Source of the DNA: Styela clava
Taxonomy: Eukaryota
Direction of reading: 5' to 3'
Assembly: GCF_964204865.1 (NCBI RefSeq)
Contig: NC_135252.1
Location: forward strand, 21,638,001-21,702,000
DNA: 64,000 bases
Part shown: positions 29,001 to 41,600 of the stretch, in pieces
Position numbering within the stretch: position 1 is the first letter of the stretch
Layout of the letters: every line of letters begins with the position of its first letter
The notes under the pieces: generated by a model
Seen by the model: only the letters and a program-made list of their open reading frames with translations
The model's database searches: none
What the model was told of the DNA's origin: nothing
Made by a program: the position numbers and the translations under genes

Positions 29001-32000
29001 AATATTATTATATATTTAAAGTTAAATTCTTTTAGTACTCATGTACTATACAAACGGTAATGAGGTCAGATTATTAACAAGTAATAGATTTAAACCCCGT
29101 CGCTCCTTTGTCCCCATAATATTTTGAAGGAAACTTGTAAACAACTTCGTGGCACCGACAAAAAGCCTACTTTTTTCGAGGAAGCGACTCCTATTGTATC
29201 CCTTGTACAAGCACTCAATCTGAATGAGTAGTCACTTCAAAGGAATCGCACCTTTAAGTCTGTTTTGATGATTTGTTTATGTACACAAATCGTGGGTTAC
29301 TCAACTCCTTTGGATTTACATGCCTTTTTCTCGGAAATAGTCAATCTTTTGTAAGTAATTTGTATTTTTGCTTTCCTAACATGGCATATACCTGATCATA
29401 GCCGAACCAAAAAATCTCAATAAAATTTTTTCAATTTTATGAACATGATAAAGGAGAACTGCGTCATTGTCGTAAATAATCAGTTTTTCGCTGCCGTTAT
29501 AAACTTCTCCATAAAGCTATGCTGTATATTATCCTATATGCTTTCTATAGTACAAATACATGGACCTCCAACTCTGGAATTTTAGTACGTATGTACCATA
29601 TATCTTGGTTTTATTTGAGTTATGAAACGATTCCTTGTTTTAGTTATTCGTTATATTATATTATGGAGTGTCCGTCCACTGACAAGAAAGGTGCTACTAC
29701 TATTGTAAATACCTAAATGTTCCACGGCATCCAAAATGTTCGGCATCGCCTACCTTATATATTACATCTTGGGTGATGTGAAGGACATAGAATTCAATTC
29801 TGAGTTCCATCAGCCCCGACACAAACGAAAGTCGAACGATCTATCCAAACGAGACTTAGTTAAAAACTCAACACGACTACTAGCAACAGATATGAGCTGA
29901 GTACGGCTATCGCTAGTCTTTCTGAATATGATACTTTCTATATCAATCCTGGCCCAGAACTGCAGGGATTAAGTAATCCGTTAGAAATTGCTGTATTCGC
30001 CTTGCTGTGCACTGCATTGGTTCTGAATACCTAAATGAAAAATAACTTACTACATTGGCGAAGACACTCGGCACTCGCCCAGTTATTCGAAGCAAATCAT
30101 AAGACGAAGATTTAAGCAGCCAAGCATTGCAGTTTGAAGTCTAATTAATTCATTAAACTTCTAAAGCAAGAATAATTAAATTACAATCAAATCCAAAGCG
30201 CAATAAAACCTGCTTAAACGCGACTCACACAGGCAGAATATATGCTACAGCGCTAGGAGCGTGCCAATTAAATATCAATTGAATCCAACACAACAGGCCT
30301 TTCTAATAAAAAAGCGCGTTGTGTGGCTTCAAGGGCGGCTTCAGGTTTATAATCATCTCTGAATTTATGATGACGCACGTTAAGTCAGTCAATTATAAAG
30401 CATCCATAATTAATGAGCGACCTGAATCGTTGAAAACTTGAACAACGTCAGCTGGTAAACAAGACAAGATCCCGGCCATCGCACGTGATGCCAAGGGACT
30501 CAAACCCCGAACGATTTGCAATTCTCATTATATTCTGAAATAAAATGCCGTGAATGCGTAAGTTCAAATTTAGTCCCAGGATCCCAATCCTATTAATTAT
30601 TCTATGTGATTCGGGAGTCTTCATATATACACTAGACTAGCCTAAACGTAAACACTAGACTAAATGTATTTCTGTAATGGAGGTCAGGCATAGCACATGA
30701 TGCTAAGGGATTCGATTTGTCATTCTTGATATATATACCTCAAAAGACACTTGTGTGATGCAAAGTGTAGCCTATCCCGGGATTTGAAATATTGTCACAA
30801 AATCTCTAGCGCAGTCAGATTTATTAATTTACCTTTCTCGATATATTCTGAATTATAATTATATATCACTCCAAAGATTTCATAACTAGTCACAAACTCT
30901 TAAACCCTGGCAAAACCGAACGATTTGCCATATTCAGCATATTCTGTGATTCGGGAGACGTTATATGTATTTCTGGAACGTACGTCAGACAAGCATACTG
31001 AACAGTTCGTCATCCCTGAAACATCCCGATGCCGACGATCGCCGTCGAGAGATTTAGAATTTAGACCTGAAATTCTAGCCCTGGTCAAGTTTGAACAATT
31101 TAATACTGTCAATACATGCTGGAAAATACTTATGACGCAAATGGTTCCCGATCAGGAATAAAATTCAGTCTCAAATCCCAAAGTCGGTGACAAAAAAACA
31201 AATTCAATTAATGCAATTTCGTGCAGGGGACCATCCAGAAATCTGAATATCGCACGCTAAGAATTTATATTGGACTGACCTGATATCGCTGGCCCATATC
31301 GGTTTTCAGTTCACATAACGTCTTAGGGAAATGTGTGAATCCGAATTATATAAACTCAATTTATTTAAATTTATGGAAAATGAACGACTTGACTTTTGAT
31401 ATTCCTTGTGATGAAGCGCCAGTGCATTCGCGTGAAATCTCATTTTCATCGACGATCTTGTTGTGGCGTCATAATCATCACTTACGGCTACTTAACCAAT
31501 AAGAAAGCAGAAAACAGCGATATTGCGTGATGAAGTGCGTGAGGTCGAAAGTTTGCTGGACAATAGAGTGCGTGCTAAGGCATATAATTTCAGTGTTTTC
31601 TTGATACTATTTTGACTGGTGTGCACTATATGGGATCGAATCAAAGAACATATTTTTCAAGCTTGTCTAAAATTCCAAAAATGAAAAAATGGGGTACTTA
31701 ATGGTGGGGATAAATGGATATGCTATTTTTAGACTGTGCATATGAATATTCAAAACGAAACTGGGGAAATTCTGAAAAAAAATATCACAAAGCCATGTAT
31801 CATAAAGCTAGATTTGAGTGTTTGTACCTTTTAGTATATGAAACACGGCCAGAGCATACGACTTAGACCGGAATCCAAATTACGGCTATTCGAACAAATG
31901 TACCTTAAATAATTCTGAAAATGCGAATTGTTGTTCTTTTTTTGAAAATTTATCATTTTTTTCCACAAAATATGACACCATTTAGATTTAATGGCCACGA

Positions 32001-35000
32001 TATTTAGTTTTCCACCAATAGTTTTCTGATTCGAGACCCTTGATTCTGTTTATTTGGCTTAGATTAGGTTGACTACGTGGTAATACCTTATTCGAATGTG
32101 GCTATTTGAAAAACTAAATAGAATTTAATCATACTTATACTAGACCCGAGACCTTCACATATCTAAAACTATCTCCAATCTCCACAACAACTGAAAACAC
32201 GTGTCCACTTCACTGCAAACTCATTCTCTTGATAAATCTTCGGTCATAATGCTACCATTGTGATATGAAAATGTCGAGGCCTGAGGGTAGATAATAACTT
32301 CTTCGTGATAGGTTTCTTTGTTTAATCATAATTGTAGGTTTGATAAAGCTCTGTTCCATTCAGGACTTTTATTAGATTTCACTGTGAGATAATAATCGCT
32401 CGTCTACGAGCAGATGTGGACCTACAACTTACTTTGTTTGTGTCGACAAATTAAACATTTAATTTTACAATAAATACAATTCTTAATACACCTGGCTGCT
32501 TTAAATATTGTAAAAAAGACTCATAAGGTTAAAGTCGTGAGAGAATTAGGCTTGACCACACGGTTAGATTATACTAATACCGGATATGATTGCAAAGATG
32601 GTCAAACGGAATAATTTTGCAGTCTTGCATATTTTAGAACGCATCTAACATATTTCTAATTGTGGAATTTGTAAGCAGTCTTTGCAGAAACCGAATATTC
32701 TACCTTTTTCAAATACAATCTGAGAAAATATTTTCGAATACATCCTGAATTGGGGGCAAAATTACATAAATAGATATATCTTCACGTTGATCTGAAACTA
32801 CATAAATATAGAAGTCATTAGTTGATCTGTGTTGTTTGTTACCAGTTGAAATATAGTACGTTTCGATATACTTGCTTGTCCTAATTAATCTACTTGTTTC
32901 AATTGTTTCGATCCACCTGTACTTTAAATTCTTGATTTCTAAATTAAAAAGTTTATCACGGTAATTTAAAAAATTACTACAGACATATCCAATATAATGA
33001 CTTTCGAATGTATGGACATCCCTGTTTTTAAGTAGTATTTCCTTCCTAGAAACAATAATAATTTCTCAAGACCAACACACATTCGTTAAATATACTCATG
33101 TGCAAATCCCTTAATTTTGCCGCTCAACTTCATATATCCACATACTAAGATCATATTGTCAAAAGTGCTAATATTTATTCTTATCCAGAATATAACACCC
33201 ATCGGAATAAGTATTCCTTTAAGCCTCGAAATCATTTTCTCCCAGAAAAGTCGTTTTTCTCCCAGTCTCCAGAAATTGCCGCAAATGAATTTTCGCTTTG
33301 AGCAACCCCATTTACACCCACACATAACACAATCAATCAATCACACTCTCGACAATTACTGAAAATGGATCGCGTCTAAAATTAAGAAGTTTATTTTGAC
33401 TGAAAACATAAGATCTAAGACCAGAAAGACCGTCTATGGATTATAATGACAGACAGGATATACACCTTGGAAATACACACACTTAACTGAAATATATATC
33501 ACAAAGTATATTGCAGTTTATTTATATTCAGAATATTGGAAAACGCTGCATTTGCAATACAGAATTTCAAAATAGCGGGCAATTTGGATGATGAAGGCGA
33601 TAAAGGCATTTAAATTCTCAAAAAAGTCTGAAACATTTGCGAGAGACACCAATACATTCATTCCAATTTAGGAACTGATGAAAGCCGAGTGACACAAAAC
33701 GCAAATACAATTTTTTCTTGTCAGGCGAGCTTGCATATTCAGCAAATGTGATGCATCAGACGAAAACATTCGAAATAATATACTCGAGGGTCGAGATAGA
33801 GTTTTGAATAGCGAGCAATTAGCAATGAACTGATGTATGTTAAAACATAGACACACCTTCCACGATTAACATTAAATCTAACAAATGACTTTGAAACAAT
33901 CTTTATAACTATCCGTACAAGTTACGCGAGACTCCCACTCTATCGTGGATCCGAATCCGTATAATGCAAGGCTACTGTACCATACTATGTACCGTAATTC
34001 AAGAGTCCTACTGCGCACTAACACAATTGTATTTATGTACCGCTTCGTCGGACTAAAATCAGACTTCCTCATATTTTATTTCATTGCGATTTTTTAACCT
34101 TTCAACAAAACAGTCATTTCTAATCTGTCAAACTTTCTACACTTCAGCAAACGCGATGCACACAATCCGGAAACCTGGCGAGGCAGCGGTGCCATTCGCA
34201 TGAATGCACAAATGAGGATTATTTGGTCCAATGTGTGTCAGCTTGCGTTGTAATTGTGTTTTCATTTCCGCGGAAAATTGCTAAAATGCATAATTTTTAC
34301 ATATAAAAGACCAAGAATAACGTCATCGTGACGTGACCATGACGTCACGAGGTAAAATGAAACAGGATATCGATGTCTAAAGATATGCATTAATATGTAA
34401 AATATAAACCGGAACTCAGTTGATACTAGCTCTATTAATAATACCCGATAACAAAACTATATTTAGAAACTCAATAAATAAATTTAAACAGTTTATTGAT
34501 CGCCTCCTCAATCTTCGTTGCTTTCAGAAGGGAATAAAGTTAAACGAATATATTAGCAAAATATTTTAATTTTAATATAGTAAAATACCAAGCATATATC
34601 GTTCGTAAGTGATTTCGTGAGTGATTTATGGAATGATTTACCGGTTTATCGAATATAATACATGTAACAATATAATACATTTAAACGTTATCATAGAAAT
34701 GAATAGGCATAAAACAGTAAAAACTGCCAAAGCGAATCACGTGGCTATCAAGTTCCAGAAATAAATGTAATTAACTGTTCTTGGTATAAATAAATGACGG
34801 TCAAATAATCAAAATAAAAAACACATAAAGAAGACTATTTTCGTTTAAAATAAAGTCTCGTTTAACTGTTCTCAGCTTTTTATTTAAATAGACACCCCTA
34901 TACTCGCGTGTCAGATGATATATATGACCAATAATCCGTTTTAAACTACTAAATAATTCTAAAAGGGTTCTTACCACGAAAGGATACATGTTATACTAAA

Positions 35001-36514
35001 ATGTATATGCCGGAAAGCGCAACTTCTGCTTTCAAAATAATCACGCGGCAGGAAAACGTCATCTTACCAAATTTGGAAATACGGGGCTAATGATCTAAAA
35101 GGGTCGAATACATAACTAGCTATAAAAAGGAACATTACCGTTACAGACTTCGCAGGTTCAGCCGATAATTGTATTTGGTAATATAATAATCGATAATTTT
35201 TGCTTTGAGGATGTATTTTATGAAAATGAACCATCAGTGGTGACAGAATTAGCGGTTTTAATACTTACTTATTTAATACTTAATAATTACTGTCTTGATA
35301 GTTCGAGCGGTGTCGTAATTCTGTAATGGTCTCATTTACACGTGCACTTGAGTATGTTTGCATGATTACAGTATTCTTCCGGCGGAAGAACTTGGTGGCA
35401 TCGTTATTTTTAATCCCGTCTAGATAAGAGAGACCGGATAGTGAATCTCGCATGAGCACTCGTCCAGTCTGTATTTGTAAATAGCTACCGGTAGTTAATA
35501 TAGTAACTTTCACACTTTAACTTCGAACTGGACAAGTAATGAACGCTGATGCAAAGACTTGAATGGCGGAGGAAGGGATTTTTGTTTGTGGTTGCGTGAT
35601 AAAGCGATATTTTCAACATATATTAATGATAAGCAAACATGTAAGACTTCTTTTTGTAACACGTTTTAATTAAAGTTTAGTACGTTTCAAACCAGAGAAC
35701 AATATGCAGCCGACCACAAACCCAAAATCTATTACAACCCTATACACAGTCTATAAAATAAGGTCCTAATATTCAAAACACCTAAAAACAATTCTTTTGG
35801 CAACACACTTTTACTAATTTTTGCACGTTTCCAACATCACTTGAGGTTTTGTTTGACCTTGAAATGGCTTATATCATTTTTTTGATCGCCCGTTATGGTG
35901 ATTAATTAAGGAGTCGATATATACTCACTCTTATTATACCTACGACAATAAGGTAATGGAATTACGGAAGTGATCAAGACCTAGAATTTGAAAGTAATTG
36001 GCCGCAACGTATACAATATAGGGTCAAGTGAAATTTAATAATTTAAACAATTCAGAAACGACGGAATTCCTCAAAATGCCCTCGTCAAAATATGAACTTT
36101 ACATATAAGAAACCATTACAATAATATATTCTTTTGCTAAGTGACCAAGTTCCGCTTAGTTTGTTCATCTGATTATGTGATCATTTCATATTTCTTTTTA
36201 TTGAGTATTTTATCGCCCGTTGTGCTGATAAAAGAGTCGAAATATACCTACACTTATGCAACCCAAGCACAATATGTAGACGATCATAAATTCAAAATTT
36301 GACTGTAACCGTGAACAACGTCCACCTAATAGGGCCAAATGAAACTTGATATTCTAAACACTTCAAAAATTACGAAATTTTTAAATGTAACTCGTCAAAA
36401 TATGAACCTGGTTGACACTTATGAAACCATAAACGCCTGGGAAAGTTCAATATTGGTGAAATTGACATTTGAGAAAGTCAAGAGCAAGCACTGGGTTCAA
36501 CATCCGCAAATACA

Positions 36515-36723
36515 CAGGGTGTCCATGAAGTCCCTTTACAATTTCAATTTTGTTATGAAGTCAATTCTCAATATATCTTAACCAGGTTTGTTGTTTTTTT
36601 AATCAGTAATTGTTTTAAGTATTTTTACTTCATTTAATAAATCTGTGAGGGCAAAAATAATATAGGGTATCGATGAATTCCCTTTGCATTTTTTGATAAT
36701 TTCAAGATACGATGGACACCCTA
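36515..36723 (-). mobile_element. Tc1/mariner-type MITE (CAGGGTGTCCAT ends)
   Basis: TIR cagggtgtccat / atggacacccta, TA at the right flank; related copies at 3990-4279 and ~21830-21965. Confidence 0.8.
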
Positions 36724-37503
36724 TATTTTTGCCGTTTGTAATTGCCTACATCGCAGCTGAAGTGTGATATTTACTGGATATTCTAAAATGCATATTCGCT
36801 TCTGCAATCATGGCTAATTATAAAGTGTCGCTCAGTTTGGTGACGGTGACGTTTATACGCCTTTGTTCCGAACAAGGCCATGTGCAAGTAGTCAATGATA
36901 CGTAAACAGGCTGATATTTCCCGGAAAGGCTGGAGTCTTCCAATTCGGTATTGTTACCCAGCCTACCCAGTGTAGTAAGTCTTAGGTAAAGAAGATGGGC
37001 AAGAGATCGGTCAGAAATCTTCCAACTATGCATTGTCAAAACCCCAAAAATTCAATTTAAGGGTACCATTCGAAAGCCACGCCAACCTTCACAAATGTGT
37101 CGATATCGTATCAGCTCAAAACAAGAACAAATCGAAGTTTTTGTTATTTAATTTATTTAGAGTGCCTTTCAAAAATAAATTTTCACGCTTTTCAATTTTT
37201 TCGATATTTGTAGGATAGTAAATTTTCACACCCTTTATATAAATACCATCCAATAGTGTGGTATTGGTATATATACTTTAAAAATACAATTAAATATGTA
37301 TATAGTGAACACATATTGAATTTGTGGTGTTGTGAGAAACGTCGCGACGATAGAATTTAAGACCGAGGAACATTCATGGCCATAAATAAAGATAGATAAA
37401 ACATGGGGCCGAGACATGAACCCTGGCTAAGTTCAAGTGCGAACTCTTTAGTTGGAGATATACCAGACACCAATTGTGGGTTAGTTTCAATTAAGAGCTA
37501 GAC

Positions 37504-38006
37504 GGCACTCACGCAGTGTGTGTACCAGGTTCGGGTTAGGCCATAATATTATTACTTATCGATTTTAATCGGTAAGTATGTTGATAGGTATTTGTCTGTC
37601 TGTATGTCTGTTAGATACATGTGATATCTCACGAAAGCGAGATTGAATCTGCTCCAGATTTTGCATGTGCATTCATATTATCTCGGACCAGAAGCCTATT
37701 GATTTTGGGCGAATTATGTCGTATAATTAGCGAGTTATCAATTAATTAGTGATGGAACACAAGGTGTCACTATGGAGTAAGAGCGCTGTTTTGGGGGATC
37801 CCCTAACTTTCGATCGATAAGTCTTCGGTCTCTGACCGATATTCTCGTTCTGATTTTACTTATTTTAGTTCTACTACGAGTTCAGGGACTGTTTGTGTTA
37901 ACCAAGTGAGTATACATAGGTTTCAGTTCCTGTACACAACTTGATGTAAAGTAGGCGAACAAAATTAGTTACCTCCATATTGGTGGTACATCACTTCTGG
38001 AGCGCC
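37504..38006 (-). mobile_element. MITE family B copy interrupted by a Helentron-like insertion
   Basis: Family B halves at 37504-37550 and 37850-38006 rejoin across the insert. Confidence 0.85.
37551..37849 (+). mobile_element. Non-autonomous Helentron/DINE-1-like element
   Basis: Subterminal inverted repeat acttatcgat/atcgataagt, (GTCT)n microsatellite, 3' hairpin tcggtc..gaccga, insertion at TT without TSD; three copies. Confidence 0.75.
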
Positions 38007-38505
38007 CTACCTTGAACTGTGATAAGTTCTGCTTGCAATTTTTAAGCTTACTAATATTAAAAACTTTCTGTTTGCTTTCCTGACGTCCATATTCATGCTC
38101 TTATCCTTTTTCAAGAACCCAAATGAGATTATGAAGCCAAAATAAGCTTGCATTCAATAAAACTCTAGCACAGTGTATGTAGCATACGGAGTATATGGAA
38201 GATCATCAATAATTTATAAATACATATCGACTGTCTTAGCCACAGACCGCGCAATTGTGACGTAATTAATTTTGTCTTCTGATACAAACTTGAAATCCCG
38301 CTATTCTTGTTGACACATTTAAACTACATATATTATTTAAAGGTGTCGCCGATGGATAACCAGAATTCGTTTTCGGCGTCTCCTTCATCCTAAACTGCAA
38401 TTTTTCTTTAATTTCTTCTTTAATTTGTGTATGTATACTTCGTTTTTTCAGTATGATAAAGAAAATAATTACTAATTACTGAATTCAAATAAACTAGGAA
38501 CTCAC

Positions 38506-38628
38506 CACAACTTCCAAATAAAAACGATCGAATTCCACTCTTTGTTTTCTCAAATCGTTCAATGAATCGGCGACTTCTCCAAACTTCTGATGGAGCTCGT
38601 CACGACGATCAGATGCCCATGACAATAT
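38506..38628 (-). CDS. Exon: ILSWASDRRDELHQKFGEVADSLNDLRKQRVEFDRFYLEVV, spectrin repeat with conserved Trp
   Basis: ctatag acceptor, GTGAG donor, 123 nt, phase 0-0. Confidence 0.85.
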
Positions 38629-41600
38629 CTATAGATGGATAAGAAATAAATGCACATTTTAATGGAAGATTCTAAAAGTATTGCCCGGATCTTTTTTGTT
38701 TATTTTATGTGCTTTCACTTTTTGGTAATTGGAATCCTACTTTTTGTACGTTTCAAATTTATCCCAATTCACAGGTAAATCTGCATTTGATTTGTTTGTT
38801 TGGTATTGTTATGTTGTTTTGTGTTATGCCAGAGCGACCAAAATGAAATTGATTGATTTGTTAAGATTTTCATATTTTCCTTAATGGAAATAAAAGGCAA
38901 CTTTCCTGATTAGACTGTTCTAAATTATTCCCTCGATTAAGAACTTGGAATGTTGACAATAACTCATATCGATTCGTTTTGGACATCCCTGACTGAAACA
39001 GCATCAACGATATATGGAAAACACTCGATAACATGGCATGAAAAATTACACCCTTACTCTGTCACAGGATTCTTCAAATTGTTTGACCAATAGATGTCGC
39101 TCAAGAGCAAGCAATCTCTCGTCAGCAGCCTGGACAAATCTCTGGATTGCAGAACAAACTGATTCATAACTGGAGTGAATCCGATCAGAATAAGATCTAA
39201 ATAAAGAAAAGTAATCATTGAGCAAGTATTTAAAATTAAATTTAACTGCTTGTGTCGAATAAGTTCAAACTAATTGCAGTTCTATCAATAAAATGGAACC
39301 TAAGTCAAGCATGGAAAAAATAAGGAGGTTAATTAACAAAACCGGTCAGGGCTAATAACCAAGTAAGGGGCTTGGGTGTAGGTGAGTGAATACGTACCAC
39401 TTCTTTTGGCAAAACCTTCCATTTTTGTTCCGTACGTTTTAAACCTTATCCAAGGTTTTGTTTGCTTTCCTGATTTCATAATCAGTTTTTATTTATTTGT
39501 TTTTATCAATCATTTAATCGGCTTTCATGCTGATTATGAAGTCGAAATAAACTATTTTATATACTTGAGCAATATTATCAGTTTTTCTTTCCCAAAAGTT
39601 AATTACAAAAATCTAATGATAATCATCCTGTGCCTCTGGCACAAATAACTGGTTAACTATTTTATACTCAACATGAACCGAAAACAAGACGAGGGGCCTC
39701 AATTCGCCATATGATCATGTCATGTCGGCTCACAAGTTTTCCTATCTCCCAAAATAAACGAAATATAAAACTCTACTCTCCTAATGCTGATAAATTCGGA
39801 AGCAAACACGTAGACAAAGGTTGTGAGATTGGACATCTGTCTTGTGTTCTTAGGCCTGTTATTCCACACAGGTGAAATTCTGTGGGTCGGTCGAGATATA
39901 GATATGATCTTCAGCAATTTAAACTGCTGTACTGCTATTGCTATTTTCATTATGACTCCCTCACCCAACAGATTCATGCATAAGGAAATAAAAAACTATT
40001 AGTCAGACAGTTGGACCATGGCTCATGAATTTTCCCTCCCATGGGCAAATATGAAATTACTATCCGATACAGAAGTGGTACGGCTTGTGACCCCTTCAGA
40101 AAGCTTTTAGCACTCATGGCCACCTGTCTATTATACCACTGGTATTTCATAGTGTTTTTTAGATTAATAGACGCCAAATCCCATTGTGTTCAAAAACTTG
40201 TAACAAAGAGAAAACCCCTGTGAGGAGGTAGTGATGAACTAGGAAGAACGGGAGGTTTACTTGTGAAAGAATAAGTAAAATTAGTTGTATGCTTAGCATT
40301 GTGCTTCCCCGCTCCAACTGCTCTGTGGCCTCGATAATGGGACACGGGCCCCCTCTGCGCCATACAAATAAAAAGATGAAATTTAAAGAACAATTTCATA
40401 GAAAGAACACAACCTCCAATAAAGTTGGGATGATAAGAAATAAGTGTGCTGGTCAATCAACCACACAATATGTACATTCACACGAAGCAGAGCAGCTTTC
40501 AATTATTCAAAAAAAATGGAATTCAACTCTGTCCACTTACTGGTTTTCTTGCTTAACACTGCCGTTCAAATCTGTAATGAATCGATGACCCGAATCATGA
40601 AGGTCACGAACTCTTGGGTCGTCAAGCAAACTGGTCATGGTTGACCGATGTCGGTTCAACATATCTGAGGTATCGTTCAATGTAGTAGGCAATGTCGCTG
40701 TTGTCATTGACACTGTGTTGCTTGCAAAGTTGTGTTCCAGACGTTCACAAAGTAGTACATATGACTCGATGTCCTGATTAAAAAAAATATATTCAATCAC
40801 GAGCAATTAAGGTTTATTTCTCACGAAGAGAGGGAAGCTGATGAGAAGGATTGGTTACATGTAGAGTATAAAAATAGTTAGAATAGTTTCATATTTATCC
40901 AGAGAGAAGGAATTGAGTAAAATGGATTAAAATTCTGGCAAATCGCGACCTCTTGTCGGCTAACAGACTACTCGACTACACGGACAACTTACCAGATACA
41001 ACTCGACTACCGAAAGGACTGGTGTGGTAATTGTCTTGTTGCATATTCTACGGCGACATTATTAAGATTATAGGGGTTCAATTTTGTTCCTTTCAGGGCT
41101 ACAATGACTCTGAACTATGTGGGGTAGATATGAGAATAGTTAACGAAATTTCCATATTTATATCCGGAAAAGAAAAGATGATAGAAGCATTAGAAGGGCC
41201 TTAAAGCATATGGCAAACCACAGCCTTTCGACCGGATACTGGACTATGTGGGGTGAAGAAATAGTTATAAGGTGATTTAGTATATCTGTGAGACTGTGAA
41301 TTCTCAACCTTATATTCGACCATGTTGGGTTTGTGATTGCCTAACAAAATATTTGTTTCAGATGCATAGACTTGGTGATGGGGTAAGCTCTAAAAGACTC
41401 AGTTTTGTGTTACGAAAGACATCATATGACATTTATCTCGGCAAAGGTATTAATTGCTGTAGTCAAAGCTCGGCTATTTAAAGCTAATGCATGAATAAAT
41501 AAATCAGACGTAAACACTCATTGGCACCAAAGTATTGACAACAAGATCAATAGGAAGCAATCAGGAAACCATCAAAGATATTGCTGATTAAAATGAGGCT

